From assembly GCA_903813345.2 (NCBI GenBank), contig CAIIXF020000001.1, positions 22,506,001 through 22,570,000 on the forward strand: a stretch of DNA of 64,000 nt, given 5' to 3'. The translations under genes were made by a program, and so were the position numbers. Origin of the DNA: Owenia fusiformis (Eukaryota). A model generated the notes under the pieces. That model ran no database searches and had not been told where the DNA came from. It saw only the letters and a program-made list of their open reading frames with translations. Below, piece by piece: positions 12,201 to 25,500 of this stretch (positions are counted from its first letter, which is position 1; every line of letters begins with the position of its first letter).

Positions 12201-14936
12201 TTTTCTAATAACGCTTCGAATAATTGTTATATTAATTGTTATTTTACATTAAGATAAAGAAAAATGTAAGGGATATATCCATTAAAACATCACAACGACA
12301 TGTTATATTCAAAAACTAACTGGTGAAAATTTGGGCAAATGAAGGTAGTACACAATAGACGCAATTCCCTTTAGCGCAGAGATTGATCTCGAGGGTTACA
12401 CTCTCCCGAGAAATTACGAGAGGCAGTATGAGAAGAACAACGCTAAAAATTTTTAATTTCTGCAACAATCTTCGATCACTTGACAATACTGCAAGCCTTT
12501 TGTGGTATGTTTTCATTGTTAACTAAAGCCTCGAACCCTTTTAATTGTAAATCTGTATTGATTAGTTACGTCTTGACTGTTTTATGATGTAATTTGCAAA
12601 TTATAAACCAAAAAAAAGCCTACCTCACTTTGAATATTTCTTTAGGAGGTATTTCCTAAGAAAAATTCTGCCATCTGTGCTTATATATCACATTGACAAT
12701 TGTTAATTTTCCAGTCATTGGGTTTCCGACAAATGGGATTCGGACCATTGGGATTCGGACCAATGGTATATCCTCGTACTCACAAGTATGAGTGTTGTCA
12801 TGCTTTAGATCTACACTAACCAAACCAGTTTTGCTGAGTTATCTACTTCCTGAATCTAAAATGTCATAGATCTCAACCAGACAATGTCCAATAGAAAAAC
12901 AGTTGTGTTTACTCCAGAAGAAACACACTGCATCAGTGGATTATGTGCTGAGAATTGGTGTTCACTAGACACAGGTGTTCAGGAGACATAGGTGTTCACT
13001 AGACACAGGTCACCTTCCTCTAAGGCTTTCACTGTGTTAACTGTTTAGGCCTTACATGAACCATAAATCCCTATATGTTTTATTCTGCCATATGTAAGTT
13101 ATGTCATGATCACAAAATTTGAAATCAAACCAGCCACCATTAATTCACTTCACAATTTGAATTTCAAAACACAAAAAGTGATGAATATTTTAATTTTAGT
13201 ACTTATTTTATCCTTGTCTCTGATCAAGGGTTGAGCTATCAACAAAGATTACATATCTAGTTCATGCAGTTCACTAACAAGATGACTTCATTCGCTACTT
13301 CCAGAGTGACAAAGCAGCCATGTATAGTAGGTTCTATGTGCCAAAGGCTGTCAGTATCGTAGCTGTCCTATGGTTTGGTGCTTACTGGCTAAAATACAAC
13401 CAAAATGTAAGTAAATACTGAAATGCGTGTGGAAGATTACCCACCAGGCATTTGGACAATTAGCGGATTGTCTAGTGCAGGTGGCATCTGTAATCTAATG
13501 TAACTAGTATTCATAAATTTGTAATTGTATTGTATAATGATTATTGCCTATATCATCCAATAATATCTCACCGAACCTTCTGATTAACCGCTTAACATAT
13601 TCATGAAAATATCTTGAGACTTGAAAATTCGCTTTGAATGTCACTCAAAATTGAAACTTTTGATAACCAAGCAAAAGCCAGAATTCAAATGTTTTTTTCT
13701 CAAAGTATCTCGTAAGTTGTAACATTTCTGCCCATAGAAATAAACTCCTCCTTTTTGCCCTTTTACGGAAAATGCTCTCGGTGATTGTTCTGAGCTAAGT
13801 GAGGTTTCACTCAGTATTCTTCTCTTAATTACTCAATAATTAATGGATATATTCGCACAATTCATTCGTCAAGGTAAAGATATGAACAGTAGACATGAAA
13901 CCAATGTGTTTATAAGTAGCCTACAGTATTATTTTGTTAAAAAGTAAATCTTCATTTTTACATGTGGCACAAGTAGGCTCGATAATTGACAATTTCCACA
14001 ATCTTCTTTTCCAGGATTGGACAAAAGGATATGGATGGCATTCATATACATCTAAGCCAACAGTTTTTTCCGGTAAGTTAAAGTAATAGTTGGGCCTATT
14101 GTAAGTTAATTGTAAGCCAGGTGTTACATTTTAACAAACTTTTAGGCTTCTCTGCATTTTTATGTCACCACCAAAAACTGGTGACATATTGTTATTTTTT
14201 TTTGAGACAGCGGTTGGTGTCTGTAAAAAATTGGTTAATGCCTTGTTCTGAAAAGTTGATCAGAATTTATGAGTTGAGCTTCAAGTAAAACAGTGGTAAA
14301 AGAGCACTCATGTAAAATAATGGAGATTTTTATAAAATTGGATGGTGCTTATGATCTAAAGTGAGTGATGCAGTTGATATCAGAGTGGTTGTATCACTAC
14401 TAAATATCGACTCATGGATAACACTGTTATAATTGGTATACATGTATAATTAAATTAAGATGACTATTTATTATGGACATTTTATCAGCACATGTATTTA
14501 AAGAGCTTATATAGTGGGACAGGGAGGAGATCTGGAATTATAACCTCTTTCTTGAATTGATAACATTCCATAAAGTGCAGCTGGATCTTTTCGTATGTTT
14601 TGGTTGAAATATCTCAATATTTCTATACTGTTTCTGAACCCTTTGAAGATACAAACAATTTTCAAGGTGATGGTAATTTTCAGTTTTCAACAAGGTGTTG
14701 CACCTAGTTGTAGCAATGCTAAAGGAAACACTGATAATACTGCCCCAAAGGCTCTGAACCATTTGGCCCAATTTACCCCATTATCCCACTTAAAATATTT
14801 CTATATTTTTCAGGGTGAGGCATCATGGCCAAAAGGTCCACAAGCAAAAGATGACGACTTTTTCGATAAAGGATTCAAATCTAGAGACACACATAAAGAT
14901 TTAACCTCTGCTTCTCCTCTCAATAGAACACAATAA
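8919..14936 (+). CDS. NDUFB6: NADH dehydrogenase (ubiquinone) 1 beta subcomplex subunit 6 (complex I B17), 4 coding exons
   Basis: Exons 8919-9215, 13305-13406, 14015-14072 and 14814-14936, all with GT-AG boundaries. Protein has ERQRL..MT.E.RALRKQWVQDQIL..EP..VP.L..RNPIRR, one TM helix ending AYWLKYNQN, DWTKGYGW and FFDKGF, matching invertebrate NDUFB6. The exon 3/4 junction is off by 1 nt (see findings). Confidence 0.92.
9250..10702. mobile_element. Long-TIR non-autonomous DNA element with internally duplicated ends (NDUFB6 intron 1)
   Basis: End motif TACTACTTTTTTCAAGGCCTGAC at 9250 and 9541, inverted at ~9900-9924 and ~10680-10701. 9541-9877 is an almost perfect reverse complement of 10365-10701. 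Confidence 0.8.
9283..9519. mobile_element. Tc1/mariner-type MITE nested in the terminus of the previous element
   Basis: TA|CAGTTGGGGACAAAAATAAATGACAGG...CCTGTCATTTATTTATGTCCCCAACTG|TA. Confidence 0.88.
10834..11205. mobile_element. hAT-like MITE
   Basis: TIR CAGGCCTGTCAACT / AGTTGACAGGCCTG with flanking direct repeat CAATGG. Confidence 0.75.
11603..12631. mobile_element. MITE with short TIRs (Kolobok-like ends)
   Basis: AAAGTGAGGTAGGCTT at ~11601 and AAGCCTACCTCACTTT at ~12616-12631. Confidence 0.55.
11803..12175. mobile_element. hAT-like MITE
   Basis: TIR TAGAGGTGTCAC / GTGACATCTCTA; 8-bp TSD AATATGGC / AATGTGGC. Confidence 0.8.
13305..13406 (+). CDS. NDUFB6: NDUFB6 exon 2 (transmembrane helix)
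   Basis: TTCCAG| SDKAAMYSRFYVPKAVSIVAVLWFGAYWLKYNQN |GTAAGT, phase 0-0. Confidence 0.92.
14015..14072 (+). CDS. NDUFB6: NDUFB6 exon 3
   Basis: TTTTCCAG| DWTKGYGWHSYTSKPTVF.. |GTAAGT. Confidence 0.9.
14814..14936 (+). CDS. NDUFB6: NDUFB6 exon 4
   Basis: TTTTTCAG| GEASWPKGPQAKDDDFFDKGFKSRDTHKDLTSASPLNRTQ*; AATAAA at ~15189. Confidence 0.88.
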   Translation, partial: GEASWPKGPQAKDDDFFDKGFKSRDTHKDLTSASPLNRTQ

Positions 14937-15965
14937 GAAAATGTTTATTAGGTAATTTATACGAACTGGACAGTGTCAACTCAAGGCCTTTTGGATTGTT
15001 TCTATTATAAAGTTGAGTGGGGAAATCGTAAAGTAGCGATTGTACAGCATTCATGTATAGTAGACTTGTGACAATAAGCGATCTTGTTTTATTGTGCTTA
15101 TAATTAAAAGACTCTAGATGTAATTGCTTAACTATATTGCATTTAGTGTATTTGCCAAATGGATGAATTACAAGCCTTTTAAGATGACAATAAATTGTTA
15201 AACCCATATATTCAATTTTAACTATTTTATGTGTTTTCCCTTGTCTCATGATTATAAACTCATCATAATTATCAACTGACCCTGATGTGCTGTCTTGAAA
15301 AGATGTATATTTACCTCATTCAGTCCATCTTATGTATTTAAGAAACATCATTTGAATTGAATACTTCAAAATATTTATAATGATACAAATAATAATGCAC
15401 ATATTCCTGGTGCAATGTATTCACAACCCATTTACACATTATATAAATTGTCAATAACAAGTATTTTTGTGATCCTATGTTTTAAGGTTATATGAATCTC
15501 CGTAAATCAAATGCCTTTCAAGAAGGGAACACTCAAGATCCCAAAGGTGTTCCACTTTTGCAGTTCATCTCTTTTTGTCAAAAGTACTGCTGTTGTGCAT
15601 GTTATTTACTGCAGATTTCTACAGTCTTAGACTTTCCTCTCTGATTTTTCTTTTAAAAGTCTACAAGGAACAGAGGACTTAACCAGATGTTCGATGGTAT
15701 ACATACCCTTGGTCAATACAATTTGTGAAAATTATTTTGTCATTAGTCATACAATATGTTCCCAATTTCCCATGAAGAACTCCAGTATTCCCATAGAGAA
15801 AACAAAATCATTGAATAGAAGTTTGTTTGATTTAAAAAATATAAGTATAGAATGACTGGGGGCTGTCAAGATGCATCTGTTTTGATTTGAAGAATCAGTG
15901 AATGAGCATCAAGCATACTTTTCTTAACTTTAAATAAACTCACTTTGGTAACTTTAACAGTTATT

Positions 15966-16094
15966 GGGGAGTTTAAGTTTGCATATAAAATGGAAACGCC
16001 AACCTATACGCATGACCAATTGCCCATACAAATGCATTAAATATTTTCTGTTCATGTTTAGGTTGTGAAAAACATTGCAAGCTTAAACTCCCTA
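15966..16094. mobile_element. Small MITE
   Basis: Inverted ends GGGAGTTTAAG / CTTAAACTCCC about 130 bp apart. Confidence 0.55.
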
Positions 16095-16362
16095 TTAACT
16101 TATTAAAGCCCCAAAGATGGACTCAAATGTTAAAAATGGGTTGTATCGTGTTTTATTCATTTATTGATTTAGTTTTTAGCTCATTTACATTTTGTAATTT
16201 TTGCAATAGTACAACACAATTAATCAAGTCAAAACTATTTACAGAAAACATGTTCATATAACTTTTCTATAATTATCTCAGGTTACCCGTGTAAGCTCAC
16301 ATAAGATGAGCTCTTAATGCTTATCTGTAGCTTTCCATAAAGTCCTATATGTGCTAGCTGGA

Positions 16363-16509
16363 TCAGTACATGAATATGAAAGTGACCCCCATCACCGTCA
16401 ACATAACTGTAGAGAGCATATATAGCATTAGACAGCCTCTCTCAGCCACACTCATTCTCCTCTCTGCTCTCTTCTCCACCTCCTTGGAGCTCACATTAAC
16501 ACTGATTGT
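16363..16509 (-). CDS. FRRS1: FRRS1 terminal exon (last TM helix)
   Basis: CTACAG| TISVNVSSKEVEKRAERRMSVAERGCLMLYMLSTVMLTVMGVTFIFMY*; minus-strand AATAAA near 16151-16165. Confidence 0.75.
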   Translation of the reverse strand, partial: TISVNVSSKEVEKRAERRMSVAERGCLMLYMLSTVMLTVMGVTFIFMY

Positions 16510-19500
16510 CTGTAGGTTATATGAGGAACACTTGTCTGAAACAAATGCAAGTTTAGGTTATATGAGGAACACTTGTCTGAAACAAATGCAAGTGTAGGTT
16601 ATATGAGGAACACTTGCTTGAAACAAATGCAAGTGTAGGTTATAGGCGGAATGCTTGCCTGAAACAAATGCAAGTGTAGGTTATAGGAGGAACACTTGTC
16701 TGAAACAAATGCAAGTGTAGGTTATAGGAGGAATACTTGCCTGAAACAAATGCAAGTGTAGGTTATAGGAGGAATACTTGCCTGAAACAAATGCAAGTGT
16801 AGGTTATAGGAGGAACACTTGTCTGAAACAAATGCAAGTGTAGGTTATAGGCGGAATGCTTGCCTGAAACAAATGCAAGTGTAGGTTATATGAGGAACAC
16901 TTGTCTGAAACAAATGCAAGTGTAGGTTATAGGAGGAACACTTGTCTGAAACAAATGCAAGTGTAGGTTATAGGCGGAATGCTTGCCTGAAACAAATGCA
17001 AGTGTAGGTTATGTAGGTTATAGGAGGAACACTTGTCTGAAACAAATGCAAGTGTAGGTTATAGGAGGAACACTTGCCTGAAACAAATGCAAGTGTAGGT
17101 TCTTGGAGGAACACTTGCCTGAAACAAATGCAAGTGTAAGTTATAGGCGAAATGCTTGCCTGAAACAAATGTAAGTGTAGGTTCTAGGAGGAACACTTGT
17201 CTGAAACAAATGCAAGTGTAGGTTATAGGAGGAAGACATTGCCTGAATCAAATGCAAGTGTAGGTTCTAGGAGGAACGCTTGCCTGAAACAAATGCAAGT
17301 ATAGGTTATAAGAGGAATGCTTGCCTGAAACAAATGCAAGTGTAAGTTATAGGAGGAACACTTGTCTGAAACAAATGCAAGTGTAGTTTATAGGAGGAAC
17401 ACTTGCCTGAAACAAATGCAAGTGTAGGTTATAGGAGGAACATGTGCCTGAAACCATTGCAAGTGTAGTTTATGGGAGGAACACTTGCCTATTACAATTG
17501 CAAGTGCAGGTTCTAGGAGGAACACTTGCCTGAAACAAATGCAAGTGTAGGTTATAGGAGGAACACTTGCTTGAGTTTGAATAGGACATGACTATTGCAT
17601 ATTTTGAGGAAAGCGAAATTTTCAGATCAGAAGATTCTAATTCTTGGTAGTTTAATGAACAGATGAATGAAAGATAAAATGAATGACGAGAGACACCGAC
17701 TTACCTTCAGACCCTTCTTTGTCTTTTTTGTACTTATTTATAGCAAATCCAATATCCCACAAGACTTGAAGACCAACAGCGACACTGATAACTATGAGGT
17801 TGACAAACTTCAAGTTGCCTGGCAGAATACTAATATTTGTGAAGGCATTGATCATTGTGGACGCTGAAATAAAAGAATATGAATATATATGTCATCTTGA
17901 GGAGTTTTTAAGGCATCATATTCAAGGTCACATATAACTGATATAGTCATTTTAGAGTGTTTCCGCATCTAAAATGTGAAGGCCTAGGCAGTCTAACGAC
18001 TAACGAGTGCCACCAGTAAAAGCTTATAAATTAACAAAGTTTGGCAGGGACATTTAATTGTGAAGCCATCCTCTCTCTCAGATTTTCAGTTAAAACTGTC
18101 CATGATTCATTTAAACTTCATAAAACTAGCAGTGTTTGTACCTGCAAGTGCCCAGCAAAGCCCTCCATTGATGCTATGTACTGTGTTGAAGGCTGGCCGG
18201 AACTTTGAATCTGGTCCTGGTCTTAGTGTTCCCATGACAACCTGTAGCAACACCAGTGTCTGGACTGCGATTCCGAGACCTGCATGGATCTGAGTTCTAC
18301 CATCCTGAAAATAAGTGAATTCTTATTTTTATTTTATTCTCTTAATATTGATTTTATTTGGTTTAAAGGGACCTGCTCAGAATGGAACTTGATTGTTTGA
18401 TTTATAAAGTACTGAATTTTGATTGATTAGTTGGTTTGAGAGGATTTTTTCTAGATATGTTGAGGGGATCTCTACTATGATAAACACTTTAAAAGATTTT
18501 TAATTGTTCAAGGGTCTTACTTGTTCAAATGGTCTGGTTGAGACACCATATTATATCATACGTCTTGTATATAATAAAATAATACCTACTTACCTTCACA
18601 AATTCTTTCTTATATACAAATATTATCACAAACGCCCCAACAGTCAACAGGAATGCAAGAACAGCTAATATTCTATGCAGCTGGAAGTAAAATAATAAAA
18701 TAGTACTAAACATAGTTATAAAATATTTCAATTCATGCATGAGTTCATTGTATGCAGCCATGAATATGTGTCGAATGTACACTTTGACTCAATTTGTATT
18801 GAGAATAAATGGTTTTTATTAATTTATAAGAACAATTTTACTTACTTGGAACCAAAGTTTTGCGCCACAATACATTTTGTCATCTCCTAAATTTTTGAAG
18901 CTACGTGCGAAAATAATAGATACCCCAGCACAAAGGACCCACGCTATTATCATCATGGCACCTGAGGAAGAACAGAAAAATGGATGAGTTCTTCAAGGTA
19001 TTCAAAAGGTTGACATGGAAAATAATGAAAAATTAACAATTATTGTTATCATTGCCTTTTGAAATTGGTGAAGATGAGAGAGGTAAATACAAATTTGAAA
19101 TCCTCCATACACTGCATATTATATATTTCTAGAGGATTAGCCACGATCTAGAAATAGGCGAGCTTACCTCTTTCAAAGACTGCTTACTGAGTCTTTGAAA
19201 GAGGTAAGGTGAAGCAAACTTAAATAGGTGAGGCCAAAAATAATTATTTAAAGCAATTTTATACCATCAGTCATTAGACTTAATTCTTACCATTTATTTT
19301 GAAAAAATGTCTGAATTAATAAAAAATCTGCAAATTTTGGTGAGGCGCCTCTCACCTGTTTCATGCCTGGCTACGCTTTATTATATCTTTGTAGTAGTAT
19401 CTTTGTACTTTTTGATTTGCCATTGACTTACCATGGGCTTGCACTTCTCTTGGAAGGGAGTAAGCATAAACCAATGTTTTCTGCTGAAGGTCCACCTTGT

Positions 19501-22500
19501 CATGTGTAATGAGAGGAAGAGGGCCATGTTTGTGGCCAACATCTGTGCCTGAAAATTGACAATGGAAGGGTGATATAAGTTGTTTTGTCACATGGCCCGA
19601 ATTGCTGGTAATGAAAAAAGATTCAAAGTTGATTAGTTATTTTTTCATAAAAATAGACTGTTTTAGAAATTGTTGTATTAGGGCGTTTTAGTATTCAAAT
19701 ATTTGAACTCCCAACCATTTCAGCAATTTTAAGAATTATATATTGGCAAAGTTTTTGAAACTTTCCATGAGGCCTTTAACTTTCCCAAGCATCTATGTTC
19801 ACTCTTTGTTGAATCGAATACTAATGGGAGTTCCTCACCATCGTAGGCATCCCCATATGCAATGAAGAGATGCCAGGTGTCACTGAGGAGGTCAAAGGTC
19901 ACCTCTGTGGTGGTAGCAGGGGTCGTCTTATCGTTACTTATCCATGTGACATTCATACTACGGGGTCTCCTGAATCTACATGTCACATGATCTCTTTGCT
20001 TTTCTGCCTCAGCATTTGTGATTCCAGTCTGAAATATTGTAGTTTGATATTGCAACCTATCGTGTACCAGATCTGCTGTATGTAATATTTGTCAATACTT
20101 TGACTTACTTATAAGTTTTATGGTTTTCAGAGGTTTTGTTGTCTGCTGATGGGTCAATAAATCACGTTTTCTACATTTATCAGGGGTGGGTTCAAGAACT
20201 CCTAATCCCATATAATCCAACATTGAAAAGACGGGGTCCGCGCATTTTACCGAAACCCATTATAGTGATAAAGGAATTGACAAATATTTGAAAATTACCT
20301 CCTGTTCAAGTTCCAATCATTTTTATAGATTATATTGATAGATTTAATGTCACTGAATATGGTATTGCTTGTTGAGGATCACACAACATTACCGTTTATC
20401 ATTTATTTGAGATTTAAGCAGGGGTCCATTTTTTAAAGAAATAATCGTTTTAAAAGATTTCTTGTGAATAGATAATAAATAAGTACAAAAAGTATGAATT
20501 ATTATATATCAAGAGCATAATGTAAAATTTCAACTGAAAAATTAGATCAAAATGGAATCCATGTTCATAGTGGGGGGTATAACTCATCAAACACTGGATA
20601 ATTTTTTTAAAGCTAATTGTTACAGCCTAATGTTTTTAATTTGCTTTTTTAAGTTAGGATTATAGCATTGACCATTTATGAATTTTTGAGCACCATACAA
20701 AGTTACAGAACTTCATTTATGAACGATTTCAGCAGGGGTGTATTTTACAAATATTAAATATTTTTCCGGATAGTTCTTAGATGAAAAGCTAGTACATTGT
20801 TACAATTAAATTACATCATTGAGGTGTATAAATCATGAAAACAGGTTTCATCCTGATGTCTTCAACCTAATTCGTATAACGCCATGTCACAAATGGGGGG
20901 AGGGGACATTTACCTCCACTTGGGGATCTTTATTACTTTTATGACTTCAATATTACAGTTATGTCGGTATCATTATAAACAGGCATTAAATAAGTGTAGA
21001 CTATTATAAATGGGTTGACAGCAAGAAGATTTATACAATTTAAACTGGAAAATGAGATAACAATGGGCTCTAAAATCACAATGATTGGTGTAACTAATCA
21101 CATTTTTAATTTATAAGCTTAGTATCATGTCCTAACAATTTAAATTAATCTTAAATAGTTATCCCATTGAACGAAGTTCGGAGGGATATAGGGAACGGGC
21201 CTCAGTCCGTCCGTCCGTCCATTCGGGCAATAACTCAAATACCGTTGGCCCGATTTTGACCATATTTTTACACATATACCCTATGGGGGTAGAAGTTCTC
21301 CTCGAAAGCCGATTTTCAAAATGGCTGCTCATTTAAAAATAGCGGCCATTTTAGTGCCGATTTTACAGTAATTTAGATGCAATATGTAAAACTGTAATAG
21401 CAATATCTTTTAAATGAAAAAAAATATATAGGACATTAATAAAGCTAATGTAGATATTAAAGAAGCACATGGCAGCCATCTTGAAAAATGATGGCCTTTA
21501 CTTGTTATTTTACGATTTTTGCTGTAACTCGAAAAGTAGTGGAGTAATTTCGTTCATATTTGGTATATGAATACTATAAGCATGGCACACTGTCTAGTGA
21601 TACTTTTGGTAGAAGGCGGCCATTTTAAACATAGCCGCCATTTTAACGTATTTTACTATAACTCGAAAAGTTGTGGAGCGATTTTGATCATTTCTGGTAT
21701 GTGAATACTGTTAGGCGGTAAACACGATACAAAAATATGCCATATTCCTCAATGAATATGGCATATTCACTTGCGGTGTATGACAGATTCACCTGCGGTA
21801 TATGTAATACACACTAACCAATGAGTATGTGATACGGAAGTACGCAATTGTCAATTGCATCAATTGAACGAACAGGTAAAACTTTATAAATTATTATAAT
21901 GATTACTGAATCAACAGTACAGTTCATCCAATATATCAACGTATGCAGAAGTATCACTCACCAATCTCACGTCATAAACTTACCCAATCAATCCAGGATT
22001 CATATATTAGTACTCGACGCACTAACAATATTGGTAATCCAGCGTAGTTTTACATTTAGAGTCGATTCTCGCAACCAATCAAACCGAGTCTTTCTGTATC
22101 ACGTTTTCACCTGCGGAATATGTCATATTCACCTGCTGTATATGGCATATTCTGCAAGTGAGTATGACAAATTCTGCAGGTGAGTATCGGGTATTCACTG
22201 AAACCAATATATCGCATATTCACTGCAGAATATCGCATACTCACCTGCGGAATATGTCATATACCGCAGGTGAGTATGGCATATTCACCCGTATCACAAA
22301 TACCGCGCAACCATGAATGTATGCCATATTCCGCGTAAAAAATACCATAAACATGGCACACTGAATTTTTTGAATATCTTAAAGTGGTTCAGATTTTCAT
22401 TTATTGAAGATTTAATTCAAGACTAATTCAAAAAGATGAATATTTTTGTGGATGGTTCTCGGATCAATTACTATTATTACCACCTTGCGGGGCATGTTTT

Positions 22501-25500
22501 AGGGGTATTAGTGCTAGTTTAGGTGGCATTTATGTTACTATATCGACCTGAGCAATAATTCTTATAACGTCATTTCTGCGAGCAATATTAAACAAAAACT
22601 GGATGATCAGTAGCTGGATATGGCAGAATACCCATTCGAGAAAAAAATATTGGGCGAGACGGTATTAATTAATTTCAATAGAAAGTTTGGGTTCTAGCAT
22701 TGCGTCATGGGACAGTCTATTTTCTACTAAATAAAATAATCAAGGTAAACGCTTTTCTATTACTAAAGTTATTTGCTTGTAGAGATGCTTGTAGAGCCCG
22801 TATCGCAAAAATCATATATCCTTTTACCCCACACCATATCATATGCTTTATTGATGTTAAAATCCATTTTTATAAATAGTGGGAATAAATTCCTAACTCA
22901 TCTTAGATTATGATTTAAATGCAATATTATATGCGATCAAATGCTTTTTCCAAGGTTTTAAAATGTAAACAGTGCTCAGTTTCAGTGCTCAACGGGTGAA
23001 AACGTATGTAGGAATATAGGCAGAAACAATTTGCAGATCAACGAAAACAAGATTGCGTTCAAAGAAAGTGAACTAAATAGAACCATTATTTTTAATCATG
23101 TTGAAAGCAAAATATAGTCAGACAGAAGATATTATTTTCAATTAAACAGATAAAATCAATATATCATGCTAATGACCTTTCCAAAAGCAGATTCATAAGT
23201 GGAAAATTCGTTGTTAACTTCAAAAGTATCAATATCTAATATTTTTCATTGGACCTCTGTTAAACCCCTCAATGATAAGTAAACGGTAATGTTGACAGGT
23301 CCTCAACGGGTGAAAAGGTATGTAGGAATTTATGTTTTATTATTTGAACATATCATTTAACAATTGGCAGATCAACGAAAAACAAGATGATGTTAAAAGA
23401 AAGTGAACTAAATGAAACCATTATTTTTTATCATTTTGAATGCAAAATATAGTCAAACAGACTATCTAAGTTTCAATTAAACAGATAAAATCAATATGGC
23501 ATACTAATATTAATAACCTTTCAAAAAAGACTTCAAAAATATCAAAATCTAATATCTTTTATATTTTTCTGTGAATCCCTGTTAACCCCACAATTATTAA
23601 TAAATAAGTTTATTGGTAACATCTAATGTGCATCGAGATAAAATCAACATGTCATACTAGTAAACTTTCTAAAAGCCGATTAATGACTAGATAATCTGTT
23701 GTAAACTTCAAAACTATCAAAATCTAATATTTTTTGTTGACCCCTCCCTGTTAAACCCCTCAATGATAAATAAACGGTAAAGTCCTCAACAGGTGAAAAT
23801 GTATCATTTACACATATCATATCAATTGGCGGATCAACAAAAACAAGATGATGTTAAAAGAAAGTGAACAAAAGGGAACAATTATTTCTCATCATTTTGA
23901 ATGCAAAATATAATCAGACAGTCGATCTTATTTTCAATTAAACAGATAAAATCAAGATAAAATCAATAGGTTATGCTTATAACCTTGTCAAAAACCGATT
24001 CATGAGTAGATAATCCTTTGTAAACTTCAAAAGTACCAAAATCTAATATTTTATTTTTTGTGGACCCCGGTCAAACCCCTCAATAATAAGTAAATGGTAA
24101 TGTTGACAAGTGCTCAACATGTGAAAACGTATGTAGGAATATATGTCTTATCATTTAAACATATCAAAACAATAGGCGGATCAACAAAAAACAAGATGAT
24201 GTTAAAAGAAAGTGAACTAAATGGAACAATTAATTTTAATCATTTTAAATGCAAAATATAGCCAGACATGTGATCTTATTTTCAATTAAACAGATAAAAT
24301 CAATATGTCATGCTAATAACCTTCCCAAAAACCAATTCATAAGTAGATAATCTGTTGTAAACTTCAAAAATATCAAAGTCTAATATTTTTTATTTTTTGT
24401 GGACCCTTGTTAAACCCCTCAATAATAAGTAAATGGTAATGTTGACAAGTGCTCAACAAGTGAAAATGTATGCAGGAATATGTGTTTTATCATTTAAACT
24501 CATCAAAACGATTGGAGGATGAACAGGAGGAAACAGCTTAATTAAGGCTTATCTGAGAAATTCCATTATCACTATTATACCGACGCGCATTGTACCGAAA
24601 GGCGTTATACATTACTGAATGCCATAATCACTGTTCCACAACTAGTTACTTCCTGAAAGAATGTGGTACGGCCCTGCTCAACGCATTCCCAAAAAAGTCT
24701 GATTCTGTAGAATTAACCCTTTCCAAATGGAAAAACAGATGGCATGGTATCATGGGTATAGGTAGGGCTAAATAACATGACAAGAGTCATTTAATTTATT
24801 AATTTAATAAGTAATTCCATTTGAATCAACTTAAAACATATAAGAATGTAACTATATGATATTATTGACATATGGATTGTGATTTCACATTAAAATTGTG
24901 ATCCTTGTAAAAGAAAATGGACTTTTGAAGGTTTTCCAACATTGTGTCAATGGGGATTTAGCCTGACCATTTTTAGAAAACTTGAAAATCTCTAGAATTT
25001 GAATAAAGGTAAATAACAGTGCAAAAACTAAGTTGTATTGATAGAAAATTACGTACAGAATTCAAATAGAAGAAAATGTTAGTCTTTAGTGGTTAAAAAT
25101 GCAGATCTCCTAAAATTTCATTAAAACGAGACCTTAACGAGATTAAGCTATATGGAAAAGCCACTATTAGATAGATGCCTTCACTAGGCTATTCTCTGTA
25201 CTTGTGTCCATGCCTCATTTTGAGTAGCGAGTGTAAATTCTTTTCGGAAACATGATTATGTTTTCCCTGTAATATGAATTGGAGATATCTGACAAAATAT
25301 GGATAGCCTAAAATATAAATTTTGTGTTTTTTAACATGCGGAAATATCTTGAACACTTTGAAACTGAAGTACAGTTCCTTAATAGGACGTTCAGTTTTCT
25401 TGTTTTTGTTCTACACAACACTTGTGTTTAATAGCCACGCGTAATTATTAATAAGCGTAATCAGATTATTTCAAGCGTCGAAATAGCTTATTTTCCTCGA

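Larger units (their letters stand above)
10705..12776. mobile_element. DNA element with GGTCCGAATCCCAAT subterminal repeat arrays hosting nested MITEs
   Basis: Repeats TCCGAATCCCA(A/T)T at 10715-10830 and 11210-11270; inverted form GGGATTCGGACCA at 12735-12765. Confidence 0.55.

Noticed and set aside
16511-17572. Regular ~41-bp repeats resembling a CRISPR array
   Set aside because: Units are contiguous with no unique spacers, there are no cas genes, and the context is a eukaryotic intron. It is a minisatellite.
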